Under the pieces are notes generated by a model. That model was not told the DNA's origin and ran no database searches. It worked only from the letters and a program-made list of their open reading frames with translations. Positions 27,001-34,642 of a stretch of 64,000 nt of DNA are shown here, piece after piece (within the stretch, counting starts at the first letter, position 1; every line of letters begins with the position of its first letter). The translations under genes were made by a program, and so were the position numbers. Source of the stretch: an uncultured delta proteobacterium (GTDB lineage Bacteria > Myxococcota_A > Polyangia > Fen-1088); contig CAVWIP010000014.1 in assembly GCA_963755125.1 (NCBI GenBank), positions 134,431 to 198,430 on the forward strand. The letters run 5' to 3'.

Positions 27001-28239
27001 GCCTACGTTGATCGGGTCCAGCAATCGCGTCTGGAAGGACGGTTTTCTCCCACCAATACGGAATCGATCTACGCCCTGTTTCGTTCGCGGCTGCTTGAGC
27101 GAGAGAAAACCCAAGGCGGGAGCTTCGATCGTAGCCTTCTTCACTGGGAGCTGTACTCGGGCGCCAAGAGCACAATCATTCCTGGCATCGTGCCCACGGT
27201 GAACTACACGGCTATCTACGACGACAACCGACTCCCCGCGCAAAGCGCGAGCACGTCAACCAGCACCGGCACGTCGACCGGGACGGGAACCGCGAGCGGA
27301 ACTCCCGTGTTGGCACCGGCGTCACTGGCGACCAGCATGAGCCCGAGTGTCACCGCGGTGACGCCGGTCGGGCCGGGATCAGTCACACTGGTGCCGCCCA
27401 CGCGCACGGTGCAGGCCACCATTGGCGGCGGGCTGGGGATCTACCCGGGCCAGTGGTCGAAGCTGCTGAGCCCGGCGGCCATTCAGCCGACAGTGTCAAT
27501 CGCGGACAACGAAACCGCGGTCGACCAGACCACGACGCAATACAATCGAATCTACCGTTTCGACAATCGCGCGGTGTGGGCCAGTGGGGGCAGGTTTGAT
27601 GTTGAGCTGTACCAACTGCATCAGATTTCCGTGACCGCGCAAGACCACCACGAGAACGCAGTGCAGACCCAGATTCAGAATCGCTTCGTTTACCGGCCGG
27701 TATTCTCCAGTCCCATCACCTTGCGCTTGAACTATCAGGATACACGTTCACTCAACGATCCCACTCTGGGAGGGCCACCTGGTTCTTGGGCCGATCAAGT
27801 CCTCTACCAGGGCATCTTGCAGTGGCTCATGCGCTGGAATCGGGTGCTGACCACACTCTCGACCTTCACTTTAGACATCACGGACACCTCGGATTTCGTG
27901 TACCGGGATCCGACCACACTGCTGGTGACGTTGTACGACAATAGGCAATATCAGGTCGGCCCTGAGGAGGAGTTTCGCTTCTACCCGCTGAAAGAGGCCG
28001 CCACGCTCTATATTTATCAACGCGATGGCGTTTTTCGCTGGTTCGGGCATGGCGAAGGCATGACCGACGGGATCAGTTACTATGTCGCGGCTGGCAGCAT
28101 CTGGCGCATGGGCGATAAGATCTACCTCGACGGCGGCGTCGAATACGACAACCTCACGTGCCTTTCCCAGCCGGTCGGGTCGGCCTGCCTCGCGGTCTCG
28201 CGTATCGTGCCGCGCCTGTATCTGACGGTGAACCTCTAG
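24058..28239 (+). CDS. 1393-aa secreted/outer-membrane protein: beta-propeller, embedded DUF6599-like domain, beta-barrel-like C-terminus
   Basis: Signal peptide; repeated DGLPS/VWxAT blades; SERVYVDG...GTDYTIVY..GQLSF; KIDGGA domain; alternating amphipathic strands ending LYLTVNL. Confidence 0.75.
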   Translation: MMRRAAIATALVAVAYANFAWARIPPLAVDPVEGMWIGGGEVFIYQTQGRWSVFPAGANVNKMTVDAQIVWVATDDGVIRFDSQSRRSTRITMDDGLPSQVVTAVAFDDQFVWFATNKGVARYRKLDRTIRVYTEKDGLPSKVVNDALTVGRQVWFATREGIAYYSPDVDGLRGFGEADGLAGADVAELYQVADELWCRTDAGLSRFRIVQRVFTNFSLAMMKAQQIRVFTVDGTTVWIGTDNGLYTLNDSDDSLLLFPQQAGLKGRFITGVEVDPSYVWITTDKEVAQYNRLTQFIRFFTVVDNLTREEGSLGTVLNGSLWTVMFPDGPAQVYDENLDHFVERKLGLTESNESKTTGHVFARLNAQTPYDFKAHQFDPNRYDTSDGNLSFGHSFSEDRNLSASARLDYGTLETKGIRTLQYNGEYMGSQNDVLRDVRVQDQLKYQTVEEGLDRPLLLQGAYARAATPGAEPKASVSATGGFRRGELVRDFITGPRQTTYQLSRKYIIPASERVYVDGVQLTSGTDYTIVYTAGQLSFLTPETIDDLSVIWVEYEADLMPVKNLGSLSLIDLLPADNEVGTWVQTGGVSLITDQTGLYNKIDGGAPKYIDRGWVASVYVNYSQGSRVIQVTISDMGTDANAEGIYNFALPAARLAIPGLTNAVVDMGLASAYAAYAYLDHFYIEINISAKDDPSLTSIELFMNEIMNRKTQAGANAGDPFKQWMMAARAAASPMHGMEVGARVVDLQDTGSQRQQVLDPLTGQPMIDPYTGLPVQKVTPPRRLLTGAGDFRYQHAVGQGGLLTGYGEFAGSDRQDAGASDGWAGTGFVRLSSPTLEGTFSGRKDSQGYTALGNDSTRFGKLDDELRLSATGYPVSWLPTTVFFDRQRSWVDDASGNLTDDVGVIQHAMARVQMNKKGLPMTSLQLSSAILENSNFSTNRIQAVGQTDYDLAQILGFTHIKRFTVRGLYSFSQAETDQNGTFAYVDRVQQSRLEGRFSPTNTESIYALFRSRLLEREKTQGGSFDRSLLHWELYSGAKSTIIPGIVPTVNYTAIYDDNRLPAQSASTSTSTGTSTGTGTASGTPVLAPASLATSMSPSVTAVTPVGPGSVTLVPPTRTVQATIGGGLGIYPGQWSKLLSPAAIQPTVSIADNETAVDQTTTQYNRIYRFDNRAVWASGGRFDVELYQLHQISVTAQDHHENAVQTQIQNRFVYRPVFSSPITLRLNYQDTRSLNDPTLGGPPGSWADQVLYQGILQWLMRWNRVLTTLSTFTLDITDTSDFVYRDPTTLLVTLYDNRQYQVGPEEEFRFYPLKEAATLYIYQRDGVFRWFGHGEGMTDGISYYVAAGSIWRMGDKIYLDGGVEYDNLTCLSQPVGSACLAVSRIVPRLYLTVNL

Positions 28240-28398
28240 AGCACCGAACGGTTTGCCTCACGTCGTGAAATCGCCCATTTGCGTCGCGTCCCTTCGTTGC
28301 TCCTCGGTCAAATACGTCGAGTATTCTCCCTCCTCGCGCCTCGGGCCGCTCGCAACTTCGCAATTTTACTCGGTCCGGCAAACCGTTCGGTGCTCTAG
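28236..28398. mobile_element. MITE-like element with 22-bp perfect terminal inverted repeats
   Basis: CTAGAGCACCGAACGGTTTGCC (28236-28257) and GGCAAACCGTTCGGTGCTCTAG (28377-28398); 163 bp, non-coding. Confidence 0.75.
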
Positions 28399-28895
28399 TT
28401 CATCTTCTGATACTTGGCGGCCGGCAAGCCGCAGATGGGACACTTCTCGGGCGGCTTGCCGAATTCCAGGTGGCCGCAGACCGGACAGAGGTAGACGTCC
28501 ATCGCGTCCAGATCCTTGCCCGCCTGCAGGGCGGCCAGGGCCTGCTGGTAGAGATCCGCGTGTACGCGCTCGACCTTGTTGGCGTATTCCAGCATGGTCT
28601 TGCCCTTGTGGTTCTCGCTCTTGGCCTGTTCCACCATGGGCGGGTACATCTCAGTGTATTCGTAGGTTTCGCCGGCGATGGCTGCCTTTAGATTCTCGAC
28701 GGTCGCACCTACTGCGCCCATGTTCTGCAGATGGGCGATGGCATGGATGGTCTCGGCCTCGGCAGCGGCGCGGAAGAGCCTTGCGATCTGGGGATAGCCG
28801 TCTTTCTCCGCCCGGCGGGCGAAGGCGGTGTACTTTCGGTTGGCCTGGCTCTCGCCGGCAAATGCGGTCTTCAGGTTGTCGATGGTCGCGGGCAC
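28395..28895 (-). CDS. rbr: Rubrerythrin
   Basis: AFAGESQA; ETIH; ERVH; C-terminal CPVC...CPIC. Confidence 0.93.
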   Translation of the reverse strand: MPATIDNLKTAFAGESQANRKYTAFARRAEKDGYPQIARLFRAAAEAETIHAIAHLQNMGAVGATVENLKAAIAGETYEYTEMYPPMVEQAKSENHKGKTMLEYANKVERVHADLYQQALAALQAGKDLDAMDVYLCPVCGHLEFGKPPEKCPICGLPAAKYQKMN

Positions 28896-28982
28896 GGGGA
28901 ACTCCTTTTGCTGTGAGACTGCGTGAATGCCAAAGCATGGCGGCTGCGCCCGGGGCGTGCAAGCCCCGCAGCAGTAGTTTGG

Positions 28983-30485
28983 CTAACGCCCTTCGCGCAC
29001 ACGACGCTGCAACTCGACCGGATCGCGGGCCGCGGCCACTGCGACCTCGCGACTGATGCGTCCCGCGCGCACCAGGTCGAGCAGCGAGGCGTCGAGCGCG
29101 ACCATCCCGTCGTCGCGGCCGGTCTGGATCTGGGTGGCCAGCTGGTGGGTCTTGCCCTCGCGGATGAGCGCCCCGACTGCGTAGTTGACCATCAGGATCT
29201 CCAGCGCGGGATAGCGCATGCCGGGGGCGACACCTTCGAGCAGCCGCTGGGTGACCACGGCGCGCAGCGAGCCGGCGACTTGCAGCCGGATCTGCGCCTG
29301 CTGGTGTTCGGGAAAGATGTCCACGATGCGGTCGATGGCCATGGGCGCGCTGCCACTGTGCAAAGTGGACAGCACCAAGTGCCCGGTCTCGGCCGCGGTC
29401 AACGCCAGAGCCACGGTCTCGCGATCGCGCATCTCGCCCACCAGGATGATGTCGGGACATTCGCGCAAGGCCGCGCGCAGACCGGCGGCGAAGCTTTCCA
29501 CGTGGGTGCCGACCTCGCGCTGGTGGATCAGGCAGCGCCGGGGCTGGTACACGAACTCGATGGGATCTTCCAGGGTGATGACGTGGAGGGCGCGGGTCCG
29601 GTTCACCAGTTCCACGATGGCGCCGAGAGTGGTCGACTTGCCCGACCCGGTGGTGCCCACGACCAGCACCATGCCGCCGTCCAGATCGCCCAGCGCGCCG
29701 ACACTGGCAGGCAGGTTCAGCTCGGCCAGCGTGGGGGCGCTGCGATTCACCGGCCGCAGCGCCAGGGCCAGGCCGTGCGCCTGCCTGAACACGTTGACCC
29801 GCATCCGCTGCGGCCCCTGCGCGTCGATCGCCGGTGCCTCCCATGCGAGATCGACGCTACCGCTTCCGTCGAGAGAGCGGCGTCGCGGCGGATCGAGGAG
29901 GGAATCGACGAATCCCAGTATTTCCTGCTGGTCAATCGTTTCACCGGTCGCCGCCAGACCAGTGGCCGTGCGGATCCACAGGGGTTGCCCAGCGGACACG
30001 ATGATGTCAGAGACGGTATCGTCGACGGCGCGCGCGATCAGGCCCGCCAGCCGGGAAGACGTGGACGCACCGCTGGAGACGGCCGTGCTTGGGGTGGGCA
30101 GGATCGCGGCATCAGGAGCGGGGGCAGGCACGCCGGCAAGGCGCGGGCTGAGAGGGACGGTCGGCGCAGGCTTTGCCAGAACCGCACCGGAGCGGAGCAG
30201 CTTGAGTGACAGCTTGTCAGCGTTCAGTCGCGCTTCCACGGCAAAGGCCCCGTGGCGCTCGGAGCGGTACACGGCGTCGCACGCGCCCGAGGCGCGCAGG
30301 CGTTCGAGATCGTCGGGCGCGAGCGCCTCGGCCGCGAAAGTGTCGAGGATTCCCGCATCGAGCGGGGGCATGGTCAGGCCACGACCCTGCGAACCGATGA
30401 GGACCGGCGGCTCGCGCGCCCGAAGCACGATCCCGGTCGCCTTCTGCGCTTCGATCAACGCGAGCAGAGAGTCGATGGCTGCCAT
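28983..30485 (-). CDS. PilT/PilU-family ATPase with duplicated N-terminal domain
   Basis: GTTGSGKST; TLEDPIE; LVGEMRD; AETGHLVLSTLH; ALIRE. Confidence 0.9.
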   Translation of the reverse strand: MAAIDSLLALIEAQKATGIVLRAREPPVLIGSQGRGLTMPPLDAGILDTFAAEALAPDDLERLRASGACDAVYRSERHGAFAVEARLNADKLSLKLLRSGAVLAKPAPTVPLSPRLAGVPAPAPDAAILPTPSTAVSSGASTSSRLAGLIARAVDDTVSDIIVSAGQPLWIRTATGLAATGETIDQQEILGFVDSLLDPPRRRSLDGSGSVDLAWEAPAIDAQGPQRMRVNVFRQAHGLALALRPVNRSAPTLAELNLPASVGALGDLDGGMVLVVGTTGSGKSTTLGAIVELVNRTRALHVITLEDPIEFVYQPRRCLIHQREVGTHVESFAAGLRAALRECPDIILVGEMRDRETVALALTAAETGHLVLSTLHSGSAPMAIDRIVDIFPEHQQAQIRLQVAGSLRAVVTQRLLEGVAPGMRYPALEILMVNYAVGALIREGKTHQLATQIQTGRDDGMVALDASLLDLVRAGRISREVAVAAARDPVELQRRVREGR

Positions 30486-30558
30486 GCCCAACGGGCCTAG
30501 CAAGACTTGCGCCGATACGCAACGTGCCGCCGCAATTCCGGTCTGGCAGCACTAGGCG

Positions 30559-31260
30559 CTACGCACCGCCGGCCTCGTCTGGCCGACCGATGAGCCGATA
30601 CACCGCCGCACCCAGCAAAGCGCCGGCGATGGGCGCCAGCCAGAAGAGCCACAGTTGCGCGAGCGCCCAGCCTCCGACGAACACCGCCACACCCGTGCTG
30701 CGCGCGGGGTTCACCGAGGTGTTGGTCACGGGAATGCTGATGAGATGGATCAGGGTGAGACCCAGGCCGATGGCGATGGGCGCCAGACCCTGCGGCGCGC
30801 GCTTGTCGGTCGCGCCCAGGATGATGAGCAAGAACATCATGGTCATCACGACCTCACACACCAGAGCGGCCGCGAGCGTGTAGCCCCCGGGCGAATGGAT
30901 GCCGTAGCCGTTGCAGGCGAACCCCGCAGACAGGTTGAAGTTGGCCTTGCCGCTGGCTATCAGATAGAGGACGCCGCCCGCGACCAGCCCGCCCAGCACC
31001 TGCGCGACGATGTAGGGCAGAAGCTGGCCGGCGGGAAAGCGACCACCAGCCCACAGTCCGACCGAGACCGCCGGATTGAGATGGCATCCGGAGATGTGCC
31101 CGATGGCATAGGCCATGGTCAGCACGGTCAGACCAAAGGCCAGCGCGACCCCGAGGAACCCGATGCCCATCCGGGGAAACCCGGCGGCCAACACGGCGCT
31201 GCCGCACCCGCCAAGGACCAGCCAGAAGGTTCCAAAGAACTCCGCTCCGTACTTTTTCAT
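30559..31260 (-). CDS. aqpZ: Aquaporin Z
   Basis: [10 protein letters not shown] and TSVNPARS. Confidence 0.97.
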   Translation of the reverse strand: MKKYGAEFFGTFWLVLGGCGSAVLAAGFPRMGIGFLGVALAFGLTVLTMAYAIGHISGCHLNPAVSVGLWAGGRFPAGQLLPYIVAQVLGGLVAGGVLYLIASGKANFNLSAGFACNGYGIHSPGGYTLAAALVCEVVMTMMFLLIILGATDKRAPQGLAPIAIGLGLTLIHLISIPVTNTSVNPARSTGVAVFVGGWALAQLWLFWLAPIAGALLGAAVYRLIGRPDEAGGA

Positions 31261-31586
31261 GCTTTTCCCCTCTCCTGATGGTGAAGCCGCGATTGGGGGC
31301 TGAGAATATTCCCAGGCCGTGCGTTGCGCAACTCCGGTCGGTCCCGCCCGCGCCGTACCGGGGGAACATCGAGGATGTCGTCGTGTCTCCGTGCGAGCGG
31401 GCGGCTGATCAGGGGCTGGAACTGGGAGCGGAGACGAATCTGCTGGAGTGGGACGGCAACGTGGTCAACTACGACTGGGCCGTGGGGGCGATGATCGGGA
31501 TGGGGTGAGGGCGGGATACGGTCGGTAACGGCAACGATCATGTCCGCGACCACAAACCCAACCTGGGCGGCATCAACACGCGCGTT

Positions 31587-31973
31587 TCAGGTGTTGTCTG
31601 CAGCTCCATTAGATGCTGCGCCCTCGACCGGCAGCTCGGGGGAGGCATTCGCCCTGGATCCATGCGACTTGCGCTTCCGGGACTGCGCTTTCTCCTCAGC
31701 GAGGGCGATAACCGCGTCGGCTCGCTCTCCGCGTTTCTGCCTAGCGACGTACCATTCGTCCAAGAGCGTCTCGATGAGAGTCAGAAATTTCTGGGCCTCG
31801 GCCGGTTCGACATCGACTACAAGGTTCACGTCTTTTTCCATATGGGCACCTATGTTCCCTACCTTCCTCACAGCGTCGATGGCTTTCCATGTAGTCGAGT
31901 CAACCCTGGTCTCCAGGGCCTTGATAGCCGAATCCCGACCACAGTATGGGCAAGTGTAGGGCAGGCGTGCCAT
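31587..31973 (-). pseudogene. DUF4145-like gene, probably internally deleted
   Basis: N-terminal CPYC joined almost directly to AIDAVRKVGNIGAH...EWY. Confidence 0.5.
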
Positions 31974-32028
31974 GCTTGGCATCGTATCACCGCCACGGAA
32001 TCCCGTCTTGTCAACCTGTGCGGGGCCT

Positions 32029-32057
32029 TTGACTGATACACATTACCATGCCAATCT
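32029..32057 (+). promoter_or_regulatory. Putative vapBC promoter, probably leaderless
   Basis: TTGACT-N17-CAATCT with TG extension; ATG begins 7 nt downstream with no SD sequence. Confidence 0.55.
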
Positions 32058-32063
32058 TTACAC

Positions 32064-32270
32064 ATGCGCACCAACATCGTCATCGACGACACTTTGATGC
32101 GGGAGGCACTGGCCGCCAGCGGACTTCCCAGCAAGCGGGCGGTGGTTGAAGCTGGGCTGCGCAGCCTGGTGTCGCTGCATCGCCAGGCCGGCGTGCGCCG
32201 TCTGCGCGGCCGGGTCAAGTGGACGGGCGATCTGGCCAAGCTGCGCACCGGGCGAACCTCGCACAGGTAA
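32064..32270 (+). CDS. vapB: VapB-family antitoxin
   Basis: MRTNIVIDDTLM...SKRAVVEAGL...WTGDL. Confidence 0.9.
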   Translation: MRTNIVIDDTLMREALAASGLPSKRAVVEAGLRSLVSLHRQAGVRRLRGRVKWTGDLAKLRTGRTSHR

Positions 32271-32273
32271 CCC

Positions 32274-32669
32274 GTGGTTATCGTCGACACCACGGTCTGG
32301 ATCGACTACTTCCGTGGTCGGCGGACGGCACAGACCCGGTGGTTGGACCAGATTCTCGGCGTGACCCGTGTGGGGTTGTGCGACCTCATCTTGTGCGAGA
32401 TCCTGCAGGGGATGCCCAGCGATGCGGATGCGGCTGCCGTGCTGGCGCAGATGTCATCGTTCGACCTGCTCGACACAGGCGGCATGGACCTGGCCGTCGA
32501 GTCAGCGCGCAACTATCGCCGACTGCGGGCGCGGGGCCACACGGTCAGAAGGACTATTGATTGTCTCATCGCCACCCTGTGTCTGCGCGAGGGCCACGAG
32601 TTGCTGCACAACGATCGCGACTTCGACCCGTTCGAGGCCATGCTGGGCCTACGGGTGATTCACCCCTGA
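32274..32669 (+). CDS. vapC: VapC PIN-domain toxin
   Basis: VDTTVWID; EILQG; TIDCLIA; HNDRDF. Confidence 0.93.
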   Translation: MVIVDTTVWIDYFRGRRTAQTRWLDQILGVTRVGLCDLILCEILQGMPSDADAAAVLAQMSSFDLLDTGGMDLAVESARNYRRLRARGHTVRRTIDCLIATLCLREGHELLHNDRDFDPFEAMLGLRVIHP

Positions 32670-34495
32670 ACCTGGCAAGCAAGCCCGTCGCATGCGGCTC
32701 CGCTGTCGGCCACCAGGACTCGGCCTATCGGGCTGTCGGCTGGAAACACGGTGAGACCTTTCAGCCCCGCTGCGTGGGCGCGTTCAAACAAGCGGAGCAC
32801 GCTTTTGAAATCGTAGCCCGGCGGAAGATTCACGGTCTTCGAGATGGCTGCGTCGACATACGGCTGTAGAGCAGCCTGCATTTCCAGGTGCGCTTCGGGC
32901 GCCATGCTCGAGGCGTCGACCATCGCCCCGGGTGGCCCGGCGTCGAAGCCGGCGGTTGATTCAAACAGCGCGACGGCATAGTCGGTGAGTTCCAGGGTCT
33001 CGGGCGGCCGGTCGAGCCGGTGCACCAGGCGCTGGTAGCGCGGCCGGAAGATGGGCTCGATGCCGCTCGACACGTTGCCGGCCAGCAGGCTGATGGTGCC
33101 GGCGGGCGCCACCGCGAGCAGATGGCCGTTGCGAATTCCGTCGCTGCGGATGAGCAGTTGCAGATGCTCTGGCAGGGCCGCCACAAAGGGCGACAGCAAG
33201 AAGCGATCCGCGTCGAGTGCCGGAAACGCGCCCCGCTCGCGCGCCAGATCGATGGACGCGCGATAGGCGGCGTGGGCGACCGCGCACATGATCGCGGCCG
33301 CGGCCTGGCGGGCCTCCTCGCTGTCGTAGCGTTTCCCCAGCATCAACAGCGCATCCGCCAGACCGGTCACGCCCAGGCCCAGCCGCCGCGTGGCGCGCGC
33401 TTCGGCGGCCTGCTCGGGCAGGGGAAAGTGCGAAATATCTATCACGTCGTCGAGAAAACGCACCGCCAGGCTGGTGGTGGACGCCAGCGCGTCGAAGTCG
33501 AAGACCGCGCGGGGCGTGAACGGCTGCCTGACGAAGCGGGGCAGGACCAGCGAGCCCAGGTTGCAGGCGCCGTAAGGAGGCAGGGGAAGCTCGCCGCAGG
33601 GATTGGTCGCGGTGATGCGCTCGCGGTACCAGAGATTGTTCCACTGATTCACGCGGTCGACGAAGACCACGCCCGGCTCGCCACTTTCGTGGGCGGCGCG
33701 CACGATGCGCTGCCACAGGTCGCGCGCGCGTACGCGGCGCCACACCCGGCAGGCCACCGGCCCGCTGCTGCCCGTCCATGCGCGCATCTCGACGGGGCCG
33801 TCGCCGTCCTCCAGACCATCGGCGGGAAAAACCAGCGCGAAGTCGCGGTCGGCTGCCACCGCGTTCATGAATTCGTCGCTCACCTGCACGGACAGATTGA
33901 AGCTGGCCAGGGCACCGCCGCCGCGTTTGGCATCGATGTACTCCTCGATGTCCGGATGATCGCAGCGGAGAGTGGCCATCATGGCGCCCCGTCGCTCGCT
34001 GGTGTTCTGCAGGGTGGCGCACATGGTGTCCCACACACGCATGAAGGACACCGGACCGGTGGCCACCTGCCCGGTGGAGAGAGCGCGCGCCCCGCGCGGC
34101 CGCAAGGTGGAAAAGTCCGTGCCCACGCCGCCGCCCTGTTGCATGGTGACCGCGCCTTCCTGCAGGGCACTGAAGATCCCTTCCATTGAATCCTGCACCA
34201 CGCCCATGACGAAGCAGTTGAACAGGGTCACGCGCCGGGAAGTGCCGGCACCGGCCAGGATGCGGCCGCCAGGCAGAAATCCGTGGCTGAACAGCAGCGC
34301 CTCGAATCGGCCGGCCCACTCTGCATCGAGTTCGGCCTGGGCCACGGCCCGCGCCACCCGACGAAAGGTGTCGGCCAGGGTGGCATCGCTGCCTTCCAGT
34401 CGATAGCGCAGTTCCCAGATGCGCTGCGAGATTGGAGGCAACGTCTCGCCGGCTGGCTCGCCCGTCGGATCCTGACTCTGGCCGTGGCTTGTCAT
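32660..34495 (-). CDS. nrdJ: Class II (adenosylcobalamin-dependent) ribonucleotide reductase
   Basis: FLPGGRIL; FNCFV; RRGAMM; TNPCGE; ACNLGS; APAGTIS; AISKTVN. Confidence 0.9.
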   Translation of the reverse strand: MTSHGQSQDPTGEPAGETLPPISQRIWELRYRLEGSDATLADTFRRVARAVAQAELDAEWAGRFEALLFSHGFLPGGRILAGAGTSRRVTLFNCFVMGVVQDSMEGIFSALQEGAVTMQQGGGVGTDFSTLRPRGARALSTGQVATGPVSFMRVWDTMCATLQNTSERRGAMMATLRCDHPDIEEYIDAKRGGGALASFNLSVQVSDEFMNAVAADRDFALVFPADGLEDGDGPVEMRAWTGSSGPVACRVWRRVRARDLWQRIVRAAHESGEPGVVFVDRVNQWNNLWYRERITATNPCGELPLPPYGACNLGSLVLPRFVRQPFTPRAVFDFDALASTTSLAVRFLDDVIDISHFPLPEQAAEARATRRLGLGVTGLADALLMLGKRYDSEEARQAAAAIMCAVAHAAYRASIDLARERGAFPALDADRFLLSPFVAALPEHLQLLIRSDGIRNGHLLAVAPAGTISLLAGNVSSGIEPIFRPRYQRLVHRLDRPPETLELTDYAVALFESTAGFDAGPPGAMVDASSMAPEAHLEMQAALQPYVDAAISKTVNLPPGYDFKSVLRLFERAHAAGLKGLTVFPADSPIGRVLVADSGAACDGLACQVQG

Positions 34496-34642
34496 GTCTT
34501 GCCGTCCGCTCCCACCGCAGCAAGCATACCGCGTCCGAAGCCATCTCGTAGGTCGCCATGAGCCACTTGACGGCGACGCGGCAACAAGTGAAGTTGAGGC
34601 GCCGGTGCCATCCAGTCGCGGCGCCCAGGGAGCAGCCCGAGC

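Noticed and set aside
34496-34642. Cobalamin riboswitch or NrdR box upstream of nrdJ
   Set aside because: No recognisable B12-box or NrdR palindrome by eye; an Infernal/PWM scan would be needed.
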